From contig CAVYSW010000009.1 of assembly GCA_963771275.1 (NCBI GenBank), positions 288,001-352,000 of the forward strand: a DNA stretch of 64,000 bases, read 5' to 3'. The DNA comes from an uncultured Gemmatimonadales bacterium. GTDB lineage: Bacteria > Gemmatimonadota > Gemmatimonadetes > Gemmatimonadales > GWC2-71-9. Each line of letters opens with the position of its first letter. Within the stretch, counting starts at the first letter, position 1. A program made the translations under genes and the position numbers. Of this stretch, positions 26,071 to 35,417 are shown in pieces. The notes under the pieces were generated by a model. The model made no database searches. It worked only from the letters and a program-made list of their open reading frames with translations, and had not been told where the DNA came from.

Positions 26071-26601
26071 ATGGCCCGGATCGATTTGAAAGACGTGCTG
26101 CAACGGAGCGTGGCCGGCGTGTACGGCGACCTCGTGACGCGGCGCACGGGTCAGGCCGTCCGCTGCAGCATCGAGCAGATGCTGCCGCCCACCGACTCCG
26201 ACCTCGACATCATCGACTTCAGCACGGTCCGGCTGATGGACCACTCCTGCGCCGACGAGATCGTCGGGAAGCTCCTGCTGCACCACGGCCAGGCCCGCTA
26301 TTTCCTGCTGGTCGGACTCGACCTGAGTCACGTGGACGCGATCGCGCCGGTGCTCGAGCGACACGCCCTCGTCGTGGTCGCCCAGGACCGCGCGGGCACG
26401 CTGCAGCTGCTCGGCACGCTGCCGGAGCCCGCGCTGCGCGCGTTCCGCCTCCTCGCTGACTCGGGCCCGGCGGAGCCCGACGAGGTGGCGGCCCGCCTGG
26501 CGCTGTCGCCCGACGCCGCCCGCCAGGCGCTCGAGACGCTGCGCGCGCACCACGTCGTGCGCGAGCAGGCGGGCCACTACCAGGCGCTGCACGGCGCATG
26601 A
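26071..26601 (+). CDS. STAS-like (DUF4325-type) domain plus C-terminal winged-HTH protein
   Basis: LVTRRTGQAVR..IIDFSTVRLMDHSCADEIVGKL; C-terminal PDEVAARLALSPDAARQALETLRAHHVVRE. Confidence 0.7.
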   Translation: MARIDLKDVLQRSVAGVYGDLVTRRTGQAVRCSIEQMLPPTDSDLDIIDFSTVRLMDHSCADEIVGKLLLHHGQARYFLLVGLDLSHVDAIAPVLERHALVVVAQDRAGTLQLLGTLPEPALRAFRLLADSGPAEPDEVAARLALSPDAARQALETLRAHHVVREQAGHYQALHGA

Positions 26602-27767
26602 CGCCGCGCCGCGCCGGCCTGTCCACGCGCGCCATCCACGGCCCGCCGCACCGCAAGGCGCCCCAGACGCCGGTCAGCACGCCGATCTTCCAGAGCAGCA
26701 CGTTCGTCAACGCCGTCGGCTCGACCGACGAGGTGCTCTACACCCGCTACGGCAACAACCCCAATCAGACGGAGCTCGCGGCGCGCCTCGCGGCGCTGGA
26801 AGGCGCGGAGGCCGCGATCTTCCTGTCCAGCGGCATGGGCGCCACGGCCCTGGCGCACCTCGCGATCCTCGCGCCCGGCGACCACCTGATCACGAGCGAC
26901 TGGATCTATGGCGGCACCCGACGCCTGTTCGAGCAGGAGTTCGCGCGGCTCGGGATCGCCGTGAGCTTCGCCGACCCGTCGCTGCCGCGCAGCTGGAAGG
27001 GCCAGCTGCGCAAGACGACCCGTGCGATCTTCCTGGAGACCCCCACGAACCCGCTGATGCGGGTGCTCGACCTCGACCCGATCGCCGCGCTGTGCCACAC
27101 CGAAGGCATCGCGCTCCTGGTGGATTCGACGTTCGCCTCGCCGATCAACTTCCGGCCGCTCGAGCACGGGGCGGACGTGGTGATCCACAGTGCCACCAAG
27201 TACCTCAACGGTCACTCCGACGTCATCGCCGGCGCCGTGGCGGGCACGGAGGAGATGATCGAGGAGGTCCGCCGGCTAATGCAGATCTACGGCCAGGCGA
27301 TCGACCCCCACGCCGCGTGGCTGGTGGAGCGCGGGCTCAAAACGCTCGCGGTGCGGATGGAACGGCACAACGCCAACGGGGCGGCGTTCGCCCACTGGGC
27401 GGGCACCCACCCCGCGGTGACGGCGGTGCACTACCCGGGGCTGGCAAGCCATCCGGACCACGCGCTCGCGGCGGCCACGCTGCAGGGCTTCGGCGGCATG
27501 GTGGGCCTCGAGCTCGCCGACGGCGCCGCCGCGGAGCGGACGCTGCGCCGCCTGCGGGTGGCCCAGCACGCCCCCAGCCTCGGCGGGGTCGAGACCCTCG
27601 TCTCCGAGCCGCGGCGCACGTCCCACGCCTCGCTCACCCCGGCGCAACGAGCCGCCCAGGGCATCCCCGACGGCTTCATCCGCGTGAGCCTGGGCATCGA
27701 GGACGTGGACGACATCATCGCCGATTTCACGCGGGCCCTGACGCGCGGCAGCAGCCGCGCGGGTTGA
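26598..27767 (+). CDS. PLP-dependent Cys/Met metabolism enzyme (cystathionine/methionine gamma-lyase family)
   Basis: PIFQSST, YTRYGNNP, SSGMGA, ETPTNP, SATKYLNGHSD, SLGGVETL, RVSLGIED. Confidence 0.95.
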   Translation: MTPRRAGLSTRAIHGPPHRKAPQTPVSTPIFQSSTFVNAVGSTDEVLYTRYGNNPNQTELAARLAALEGAEAAIFLSSGMGATALAHLAILAPGDHLITSDWIYGGTRRLFEQEFARLGIAVSFADPSLPRSWKGQLRKTTRAIFLETPTNPLMRVLDLDPIAALCHTEGIALLVDSTFASPINFRPLEHGADVVIHSATKYLNGHSDVIAGAVAGTEEMIEEVRRLMQIYGQAIDPHAAWLVERGLKTLAVRMERHNANGAAFAHWAGTHPAVTAVHYPGLASHPDHALAAATLQGFGGMVGLELADGAAAERTLRRLRVAQHAPSLGGVETLVSEPRRTSHASLTPAQRAAQGIPDGFIRVSLGIEDVDDIIADFTRALTRGSSRAG

Positions 27768-27776
27768 CGGGCGGCG

Positions 27777-28472
27777 GTGATCAAGCTCACCAAGGTGTTC
27801 AAGGCGTACCCCAAGGGCGTGCTCGCTTTGCGTGACGTGTCGTTCCATATCGCGAAGGGCGAGTTCACCTTTCTCACCGGTCACTCGGGCGCGGGCAAGT
27901 CCACCGTCCTCAAGCTGATCTACGCCGACGACCTGCCCACCGAGGGCGAGGTACGGGTCTCCGGATTCGTGACGCGCACGTTGCGGCGCAGCGAGATCCC
28001 GCGGCTGCGCCGCCGCCTCGGCATCGTGTTCCAGAACTTCCGGCTGCTCGACAACCGCACCGCCGAGGAAAACGTCGCGTTCGCCCTCGAGGTCACCGGC
28101 GCGCGCCGCAGCGTCACGGGCCCCAAGGTGGCGCGGGTGCTCGCCCAGGTGGGGCTGGCCGCCAAGGCGCGCGCCTACCCGCACGAGCTCTCGGGCGGCG
28201 AGCAGCAGCGCGTCGCGATCGCGCGCGCCCTGGTCAACGACCCGTTCGTCCTGCTGGCGGACGAGCCAACGGGGAATCTCGACGAGCGCGCCACACGCGG
28301 GATCTTCCAGCTGCTGCGCGACATCAACGCGTCGGGCACCGCCGTGATCATGGCCACCCACGATCTCGATCTGGTGCGCCAGGCGCCGTACCGCACGATC
28401 GAGCTGCAGGACGGTGCGGTGGTCTACGACTCCGCGGTGGACGCGGCGGCGGAGTCGGAGGACCTGGCGTGA
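27777..28472 (+). CDS. ftsE: Cell division ATP-binding protein FtsE
   Basis: GHSGAGKST, LRRRLGIVFQNFRLL, LSGGEQQRV, ADEPTGNLD; followed by ftsX. Confidence 0.95.
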   Translation: MIKLTKVFKAYPKGVLALRDVSFHIAKGEFTFLTGHSGAGKSTVLKLIYADDLPTEGEVRVSGFVTRTLRRSEIPRLRRRLGIVFQNFRLLDNRTAEENVAFALEVTGARRSVTGPKVARVLAQVGLAAKARAYPHELSGGEQQRVAIARALVNDPFVLLADEPTGNLDERATRGIFQLLRDINASGTAVIMATHDLDLVRQAPYRTIELQDGAVVYDSAVDAAAESEDLA

Positions 28473-29326
28473 GGCTCGCCGTCCGCGAGGCCCTGCTCTC
28501 GTTCCGGCGCGCCCCGGCGCTGTCGGTGCTCTCGATCACGACGATCGCGTTCGCGCTGTTCGTGGCGAGCCTCGTGGGACTGGTAGCGCTCAACCTCCGC
28601 GCGGCGCTGGCCGACGTGGCGGAGCGGGTCGAGGTCGTCGCGTACGTCATGCGCGGCACGCCGGTCGAGGTCGTGACGACCGCCATGGGCGACATCGCGA
28701 GCTTCCCCGAAGTGGCGGAGGTCGCCTACGTCACCGAAGAGCAGGCCCTCGCCCGGGCCCGCGCGCAGCTGAGCGAGTTCCGGGACGTGTTCGACGACCT
28801 GAGCGTGAATCCGCTGCCGGCGTCCCTCGAGATCCGGCTCAAGCCCGGGTTCCGCGACAGCGGCCACGTGCAGGAGGTCGCCGACCGCGTGCGCGGGTTC
28901 CGCTTCATCGACGACGTGCGCTACGGCCGCGAGTGGGTGGCCAAGCTCGATCGCCTGCGCTCGATCGCCGGCGCCGTCGGACTGCTGGTGGGCGGCGCGT
29001 TCGCCGCGGCCTCGATCATCATCATCGGCACGACGATCCGCATGACGGTGCTGCAGCGGGCCCGCGAGATCAGCATCATGCGCCTGGTCGGCGCAACGAA
29101 CGGCTTCATTCGCCTGCCGTTCCTGCTGGAAGGGGCGCTCAAGGGCGCGTTGGGGGGCGTCGTGGCGGTGCTGCTGAGCTACGCCGCGTACGTCATCGTC
29201 AGCCGCCTGTTGCTCCGGGGCCGCTTCTTCTCCGCCGGGGAAGCCGCCCTGATCGTCGTGGTCGGCACGGCGCTCGGCCTGCTCGCCAGCGCAGTGAGCG
29301 TGACGCGCCACCTGCGCGAGGTCTAG
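28469..29326 (+). CDS. ftsX: Cell division permease FtsX
   Basis: NPLPASLEI, REISIMRLVGATNGFIRLPFLLEG; 4 TM segments. Confidence 0.95.
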   Translation: MRLAVREALLSFRRAPALSVLSITTIAFALFVASLVGLVALNLRAALADVAERVEVVAYVMRGTPVEVVTTAMGDIASFPEVAEVAYVTEEQALARARAQLSEFRDVFDDLSVNPLPASLEIRLKPGFRDSGHVQEVADRVRGFRFIDDVRYGREWVAKLDRLRSIAGAVGLLVGGAFAAASIIIIGTTIRMTVLQRAREISIMRLVGATNGFIRLPFLLEGALKGALGGVVAVLLSYAAYVIVSRLLLRGRFFSAGEAALIVVVGTALGLLASAVSVTRHLREV

Positions 29327-30526
29327 GTGCGGCCGGCACCGCTCGCGCTGCTGCTTGCCGGGCTCGCGATCCCCGCCGCCGGCGCCACCGCCCAGAGCGC
29401 CCTCGAGCGCCAGATCCGCGACAACCAGGCACGGCTCGACTCGATTCGCCGCGAGCGCGCCGACGCGCAGGCCCAGCTCACCCGCCTGCGCGGGCGCGAG
29501 CGGGACATCACGGTCGAGATCGCCACCCTCGACCGCCAGGCCCTGGCCACGACGCGACTGGTGAACGAGCTGGATCGCCAGATGGGCACCCTCGCGACCC
29601 AGGTGGATTCGATCACCTTCGATCTGCTCCTGGCGCAGGACGCCCTGACCGAGAAGCGGGCCGTGCGGGAACGCCGCATCGCGGAGGTGTACAAGCGCGG
29701 CCCACTGTGGGCGTTTCAGGTCCTGCTCGCCGCCGAGAGCTTCGGCGACCTGCTGAGCCGCTACAAGTACCTCTACCTCATCAGCCGCCAGGACCTGGCG
29801 TTGGTCACCGAGGTCGAGCACCTGCGCGACCGCATCGCCCTGGAGCGGCACTCGATGGCCCGCGTCCAGGACCAGGTGGGTCTCAACCGGGAAGAGCGCG
29901 CCCGCGAGCTGGCCCGGTTCCAGCGGCTCGAGCAGGAGCGCCAGCGCAGCCTGCGCCAGACCCGCGCCACGGCCGCGGCGGCGACCGAGCGGATCTCCTC
30001 GCTCGAGCGCGACGAGCGCAACATCAACGATCTGATCACGGCGCTCGAGCGCCGCCGCCGCGAAGCGGTGGCCGCCGGCCGGGCGACGTTCCCGGCGACG
30101 ATCACCGACGAGAGCCTCGGCGCGCTCGAGTGGCCGGCCGACGGCCCCGTCCTGTACGAGTTCGGCCGGACGAGCGGGCCGCGCAACACGGTGCTGCGGC
30201 GCGATGGTATCGGCATCAAGGTGACCCCGGGCAGCGACGTGCGCGGGGTGGCGGGGGGCGAAGTCGTGGTGGCGGGGCCGATGGGGACGTACGGCCCGAG
30301 CGTCATGCTCGACCACGGCGGCGGCTTCTACACGCTGTACCTCTACCTCTCGTCCGTGACCGTAGTGGCCAACCAGCGGATCGCCGGCGGCACGGTGGTG
30401 GGTCGATCGGGCGGCCAGGCGTCGGAGGAGGGGCCGCACATCGAGTTCCAGATTCGGCAGGCGTCCGGGAGCTCGGGGCAGCCGGTCGCGCTCGACCCGC
30501 TCAACTGGCTGCGGCCCCGCCGCTGA
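29327..30526 (+). CDS. envC: Murein hydrolase activator EnvC (coiled coil plus degenerate M23 domain)
   Basis: Signal peptide, long coiled coil, LEWPADG..GIGI..HGGGFYTLY..HIEFQIR lacking a full Zn ligand set; follows ftsEX. Confidence 0.88.
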   Translation: MRPAPLALLLAGLAIPAAGATAQSALERQIRDNQARLDSIRRERADAQAQLTRLRGRERDITVEIATLDRQALATTRLVNELDRQMGTLATQVDSITFDLLLAQDALTEKRAVRERRIAEVYKRGPLWAFQVLLAAESFGDLLSRYKYLYLISRQDLALVTEVEHLRDRIALERHSMARVQDQVGLNREERARELARFQRLEQERQRSLRQTRATAAAATERISSLERDERNINDLITALERRRREAVAAGRATFPATITDESLGALEWPADGPVLYEFGRTSGPRNTVLRRDGIGIKVTPGSDVRGVAGGEVVVAGPMGTYGPSVMLDHGGGFYTLYLYLSSVTVVANQRIAGGTVVGRSGGQASEEGPHIEFQIRQASGSSGQPVALDPLNWLRPRR

Positions 30527-30578
30527 CCATCAGCTCCGCAGCCACCATCAGGACAGCATGACCTCACTGCACCACCCC

Positions 30579-30624
30579 TTGACCGACCACGCGTACTCTG
30601 GTACTAATACATACGTATGAATTA
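30579..30624 (+). promoter_or_regulatory. Promoter with an overlapping palindromic TetR-type operator
   Basis: -35 TTGACC (30579-84), 17 nt, then TACTAA. Near-perfect palindrome TAATACATACGTATGAATTA (30605-30624). Confidence 0.7.
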
Positions 30625-31231
30625 CAGAATGGACACCAAGACACGGCTCATCGCGGAGGCACGTAACCTCTTTGCCACGAACGGCTTCAGTGGTGTTGGC
30701 GTACGGGAAATCACCCGGGCGGCACATGCCAATCTCGGCGCGGTGACGTACCATTTTGGCTCCAAACGGGCGCTGTATGACGCCGTCTTCGTGACCATGG
30801 GGGACAACCTCGCCACTCGGCTCGAAGCCGCCGCCGCCGCACCAGGCTCCACCGCGTCGAGGCTCGAGGCCATCGTCCACACCCTGTTCAGCTTCTTTCG
30901 GGAAGCGCCCGAGGCGCCCCTCCTCATCCTCCACGAGGTGGCGGCCACCGGCGCGCCGCCTCCCGCGCTGGTTCCCCTGATCCGGCGCAACCTCCAGGCC
31001 GTCGAGCGCGCGCTGCGCGAGGGGCGGGAGCGCGGCGAGGTGCGCGAGGTCGATCCCATGCTGGTCGCCTTCAGCATGATCTCCCAGTCCGTCTGGTTCG
31101 CTCTCGTGGGGCGCTTCCTGCCGGCCATCGGTGCCATTCCTCCGGACGACGGGGCCTTTGCCGCCCGCGTCGAGGCGCACGTCGCCGGAGTCGTCCGCCG
31201 CTCCGTCCTTCCCGAGGCAGATATGCCATGA
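30617..31231 (+). CDS. TetR/AcrR family transcriptional regulator
   Basis: ARNLFATNGFSGVGVREITRAAHANLGAVTYHFGSKRALY. Alternative start at 30629. Confidence 0.95.
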   Translation: MNYRMDTKTRLIAEARNLFATNGFSGVGVREITRAAHANLGAVTYHFGSKRALYDAVFVTMGDNLATRLEAAAAAPGSTASRLEAIVHTLFSFFREAPEAPLLILHEVAATGAPPPALVPLIRRNLQAVERALREGRERGEVREVDPMLVAFSMISQSVWFALVGRFLPAIGAIPPDDGAFAARVEAHVAGVVRRSVLPEADMP

Positions 31232-32553
31232 GACGCGCTCTTTTCCTCCTGCTGTTCGCGTCCCCGGCCTGGGCGCAGACGCCCGGCGGCTCGCTCACGC
31301 TTGCGGCCGCGGCACGCCGCGCCCTCGAGGTCCACCCCGGCGTGCGCGGTGCCGCGGCGGCGGTCGCGGGGGCCGAGGCCGCGGTGGGCGAGGCCCGGAG
31401 CCGCTGGTTCCCGCAGCTCGCCACCCAGGCGTCGCTGATCCGCTTCGAGAAGCCGATGGTGGTGACCCCGATCCACGGCTTCGACCAGGCGCAGCTGGGC
31501 CAGATCGCGTTCGACCAGACGCTGATCCAGGGAAACCTCAGCCTCGGCTTCACGCTGTTCGACGGCGGCGCGCGGGGCGCGCGGATCCACGCCGCCCGGG
31601 CCGACGCCGCGGCCCGCGGCGCCGAGCTGACCGCGACCGAAGCGGACCTCCTCGCCGATGTGGCCGCGCGGTTCCTCGACGTCGTGACCGCTGGTGACGT
31701 GCTGGCCGCCCAGGAGGGCGGTGTACGCGCGCTCGAGGCGGAACGCGATCGCGTGACGCGCCTGGTGACGGAGGGCGAAGCCGCGGAGGTCGAGCTGCTC
31801 CGCGTGCAGGCCGCCGTCGCCCAGGCCGACGCGGACCGGATCTCGGCCGCCACCCGCCTCGGCGTCGCACGCAGTGGTCTGGCGCGGGCGATCGGGATCC
31901 CCGCCCTGCCCGACACACTGCGACCCGTGCGGCTCACGGCCCGGGCCGTCCCCGCGCGCGACGCGCTGCGCGCGGCCGTCGAGCAGCACAATCCGCGGCT
32001 CATCGAGGCGGAGCATGCCGTCGAGCGCGCGCGCATGACGCGGCGGGCCGCCGTCGCCGCCTGGTTCCCGCAGCTCGACGCGCTGGGCGGGCTGTACGCC
32101 TATGGCAGCGGCGCCGGCGGTTTCACCACGGAGTGGCAGGCGGGGGTGCGGCTGTCCTACCCGCTGTTCTCCGGCGGCGCCCGGAGCGGCGCGGTGACGC
32201 GCGCCGGGGCGCTCGCCACGGCGGCCGAGGCGCACTACGCCCTTGCCGCGCTCCAAGCGGAGGACGCCCTCGACCGGGCGCTTGGCGCCGTCGACGACGC
32301 GGCCGCCCGCGCTGACGCCGCCCAAACCGTCGTCATTCACCTCACCGATGTCGCCCGGATCGAGCTGCTCTCGCTCCAGAGTGGAGCGGGCACCGAGGTC
32401 GAGTACCTGCGCGCCGAAGCCGACGTGCGCCGCGCGCGGGCCCAGCTCGCGGAGGTCCGCGCCGCGGAGATCAACGCGCGCGTGGCGCTCGCCAACCTGA
32501 CCGGAGACCTGTCGCTGGACTGGCTCGCCCAGGCCGTGGAGGACGTCCCATGA
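31228..32553 (+). CDS. TolC family outer-membrane efflux protein
   Basis: Signal peptide; two OEP repeats (WFPQL..TLFDGG and WFPQL..PLFSGG). Confidence 0.9.
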   Translation: MRRALFLLLFASPAWAQTPGGSLTLAAAARRALEVHPGVRGAAAAVAGAEAAVGEARSRWFPQLATQASLIRFEKPMVVTPIHGFDQAQLGQIAFDQTLIQGNLSLGFTLFDGGARGARIHAARADAAARGAELTATEADLLADVAARFLDVVTAGDVLAAQEGGVRALEAERDRVTRLVTEGEAAEVELLRVQAAVAQADADRISAATRLGVARSGLARAIGIPALPDTLRPVRLTARAVPARDALRAAVEQHNPRLIEAEHAVERARMTRRAAVAAWFPQLDALGGLYAYGSGAGGFTTEWQAGVRLSYPLFSGGARSGAVTRAGALATAAEAHYALAALQAEDALDRALGAVDDAAARADAAQTVVIHLTDVARIELLSLQSGAGTEVEYLRAEADVRRARAQLAEVRAAEINARVALANLTGDLSLDWLAQAVEDVP

Positions 32554-33545
32554 CCCGAACAACGCGGCTCGCCGCCGCCCTGGCCGTCATCGTCGTCCTC
32601 GTCGCCGTGGTGCTCGTGGTTGCGCTGCGGCGCGACCACAACGGGGAGGTCCTCGCCTCCGGGACCGTCGAGGTCACCGAGACCGACCTCGGCTTCCAGG
32701 TTCCTGGCCGGATCGACAGCATCGCGGTGCAGGAAGGCGATGACGTCCAAGCCGGCCAGGTGCTTGGCTGGCTGGACCGCACCGAGCTCGAGGCCCGTCG
32801 CCGCGCCGCGGAGGGGCAGCGCGCCGCGGCGGCGGCCCGCCTCGCCGAGCTGGAGCGCGGCTTCCGGACCGAGGAGATCGGCCAGGCGCGCGAGGCGGCG
32901 CGCGCCGCCTCGGAGCGGCTCGATGAGGCGCGGCGCGAGGTGGAGCGCGCCCGTCGGCTGTTCGCCGGCGGCGCGATCAGCCGGCGGCAGCTGGAGACCG
33001 CCGAGACGGCGTTCGCGGTCGCGGAGGCCCAGCACGGCGGCGCGGCGGATCAGCTGACGCTGCTCGAGTCCGGCCCCCGAGTCGAGCAGATCACCGCGCA
33101 GCGCGCCGTCGTCGCGCAGGCCGCCGCCGCGGTGGCCCAGGCCGACGCGGCACTCGACCATGCGGTGATTCGCGCGCCGTTCGACGGCCAGGTCACGATC
33201 CGCCATCGCGAGCCCGGCGAGATCGTCTCCGCCGGCGCTGCCGTGCTCACCGTGGCCAACCGGGCGGACCGCTGGGTGCGGATCTATGCCCGTGGCGACG
33301 AGGTCGGGCGGCTGACGATCGGCCAGGCGGCGGAGATCCGGGCCGACGCGTATCCCGATCGGACCTACGGCGGCGCGATCGCGTTCATCGCCAGTGAGGC
33401 GGAGTTCACCCCGCGCAACGTCCAGACGACGGAGGAGCGGGTGAAGCTGGTTTATCGCGTGAAGGTGCGAGTCGTCGACGATCCGCGTTACGACCTCAAG
33501 CCCGGCTTGCCCGCCGACGTGCGGATCGCGCCGCGCGCGCCGTGA
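32550..33545 (+). CDS. HlyD/YbhG-like periplasmic adaptor
   Basis: ASGTVE, VQEGDDVQAGQVL, IRAPFDG, AEFTPRNVQT..RVKLVYRVK, LKPGLPAD. Confidence 0.93.
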   Translation: MTRTTRLAAALAVIVVLVAVVLVVALRRDHNGEVLASGTVEVTETDLGFQVPGRIDSIAVQEGDDVQAGQVLGWLDRTELEARRRAAEGQRAAAAARLAELERGFRTEEIGQAREAARAASERLDEARREVERARRLFAGGAISRRQLETAETAFAVAEAQHGGAADQLTLLESGPRVEQITAQRAVVAQAAAAVAQADAALDHAVIRAPFDGQVTIRHREPGEIVSAGAAVLTVANRADRWVRIYARGDEVGRLTIGQAAEIRADAYPDRTYGGAIAFIASEAEFTPRNVQTTEERVKLVYRVKVRVVDDPRYDLKPGLPADVRIAPRAP

Positions 33546-34486
33546 GTCCGGCCCAGCCGGCCGTCGTCCTCGACGGCCTGACGCGCGACTTCGGCCCCGT
33601 CCGCGCGGTCGACGACCTCCGCTTCAGCGTCGCGCCCGGCGAGCTGTTCGGCATCGTGGGCCCCGACGGCGCGGGCAAGACCACGACGCTCCGGATGCTG
33701 GCGGGGGTGCTCCGCCCCACCCGCGGTGACGCCACCGTGGCCGGTGCCAGCGTGGCTCGCGACCCCGAGCGGGTGAAGACCCACATCGCCTACATGTCCC
33801 AGCGTTTCGGCCTGTATACCGACCTCACCGTCCGGGAAAACCTCGAGTTCTACGCGGACCTCTACCTCGTCCCGCGCGGCAAGCGTGCGGCACGGCTCGA
33901 GCGGCTCTACGCCTTCTCGGGACTCGCGCCCTTCGCCGACCGGCTCGCCGGGAAGCTGTCGGGCGGGATGAAGCAGAAGCTGGGGCTGTCGTGCGCGCTG
34001 ATTCACCAGCCCGAGGTCCTGCTGCTCGACGAGCCCACGTTCGGCGTCGACCCGATCTCGCGCCGCGATCTCTGGCTCATCGTCCACGAGATGGTGGCGG
34101 CCGGCATGACGACGCTGCTCTCCACTTCCTATCTCGACGAAGCGGAGCGCTGCGATCGGGTGGCGCTGCTCCACGCCGGGAGCCTGCTCGCGCTCGACAC
34201 GCCCCCGGCGCTGCAGGCGCGACTCAGCGGGCGGCTGCTCACCGTGCGGACGGACGCACCGCGCCGGGCCCGCGATCTGCTTATCGCCCTCCCGTTCGTG
34301 CGGGACGCCACCCTGTTCGGCGACGCGCTGCACGTGGCCCTCGACGATCCGGCCCGCGACTGGCCCACCGCCCGGGCCGCGCTCGCCGGCGGTGGGGTCG
34401 CGGTCCTCGCGGACGGGCCGATCGAGCCGTCGCTCGAGGACGTGTTCATCGCCGTCGTGCGCGATCGGGAGCCCGTCCATGCCTGA
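33542..34486 (+). CDS. ABC transporter ATP-binding protein (like the first half of YbhF)
   Basis: GPDGAGKTT, LSGGMKQKL, LDEPTFGVDP. Confidence 0.95.
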   Translation: MSPAQPAVVLDGLTRDFGPVRAVDDLRFSVAPGELFGIVGPDGAGKTTTLRMLAGVLRPTRGDATVAGASVARDPERVKTHIAYMSQRFGLYTDLTVRENLEFYADLYLVPRGKRAARLERLYAFSGLAPFADRLAGKLSGGMKQKLGLSCALIHQPEVLLLDEPTFGVDPISRRDLWLIVHEMVAAGMTTLLSTSYLDEAERCDRVALLHAGSLLALDTPPALQARLSGRLLTVRTDAPRRARDLLIALPFVRDATLFGDALHVALDDPARDWPTARAALAGGGVAVLADGPIEPSLEDVFIAVVRDREPVHA

Positions 34487-35417
34487 CCCCGTCGTCGTGG
34501 ACGGCCTCACGCGCCGGTTTGGCGACTTCGTGGCGGTGGACCACGTGTCGTTCGGGGTCGGGACCGGCGAGATCTTCGGCTTCGTCGGCCCGAACGGCGC
34601 GGGCAAGACGACCACCATCAAGCTGCTCACCTGCCTGCTGCGCCCGTCCGAGGGCACCGCCCGCGTGGCCGGCCACGACGTGCGCACCGAGGCGAAGGCG
34701 GTGCGGCAGCGCATCGGCTACATGTCGCAATTGTTCTCGCTCTACGGCGACCTGACCGTCGACGAGAACATCCGGCTGTTCGGGAGCCTCTACGGCGTCA
34801 CGGGCGCACGGCTCGCCGAGCGCCGCGCCTGGATCCTCGCGATGGCGGATCTCGCCGGGCGCGGCGACCGCATGACCCGCGAGCTGCCGCTCGGCTGGAA
34901 GCAGCGCCTCGCGCTCGGCTGCGCCGTGTTGCACGAGCCGCCGATCCTGTTTCTCGACGAGCCGACGTCGGGGGTGGATCCCACATCGCGCCGCCGCTTC
35001 TGGGACCTGATCTACCGGCTGGCGGAGGCCGGCACCACGGTGCTCGTGAGCACGCACTACATGGAGGAAGCGGAGTATTGCCACCGGCTGGCGTTGATGC
35101 ACCGCGGGCGCCTGATCGCCCTCGACCGGCCGGACCGACTGCGGCGCGACCTGCACCAGCCGGTGCTCGAGGTTCGGGCCGATGACCCGGCGCGCGCCGT
35201 CGAGGCGTTGCGCGGCGCCCCCGGCGTGATCGAGGCGGCGATGTTCGGCCGCGCGGTCCACGTCATGGTTGCCGACGAGGCGGCCGGCCTCGCGGACGTG
35301 TCGCGCCGCCTCGCCGCCGCGGGCCGCCCCGTCACGGCGGTCCGCGCGATCGCGCCGTCGCTCGAGGACGCGTTTGTGGCCCTGGTGCGTCGTCAGGGTG
35401 GGGCGGTGGCCGAATGA
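34479..35417 (+). CDS. ABC transporter ATP-binding protein (like the second half of YbhF)
   Basis: Start ATG 34479; GPNGAGKTT, LPLGWKQRL, LDEPTSGVDP, STHYMEEAE. Confidence 0.95.
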   Translation: MPDPVVVDGLTRRFGDFVAVDHVSFGVGTGEIFGFVGPNGAGKTTTIKLLTCLLRPSEGTARVAGHDVRTEAKAVRQRIGYMSQLFSLYGDLTVDENIRLFGSLYGVTGARLAERRAWILAMADLAGRGDRMTRELPLGWKQRLALGCAVLHEPPILFLDEPTSGVDPTSRRRFWDLIYRLAEAGTTVLVSTHYMEEAEYCHRLALMHRGRLIALDRPDRLRRDLHQPVLEVRADDPARAVEALRGAPGVIEAAMFGRAVHVMVADEAAGLADVSRRLAAAGRPVTAVRAIAPSLEDAFVALVRRQGGAVAE

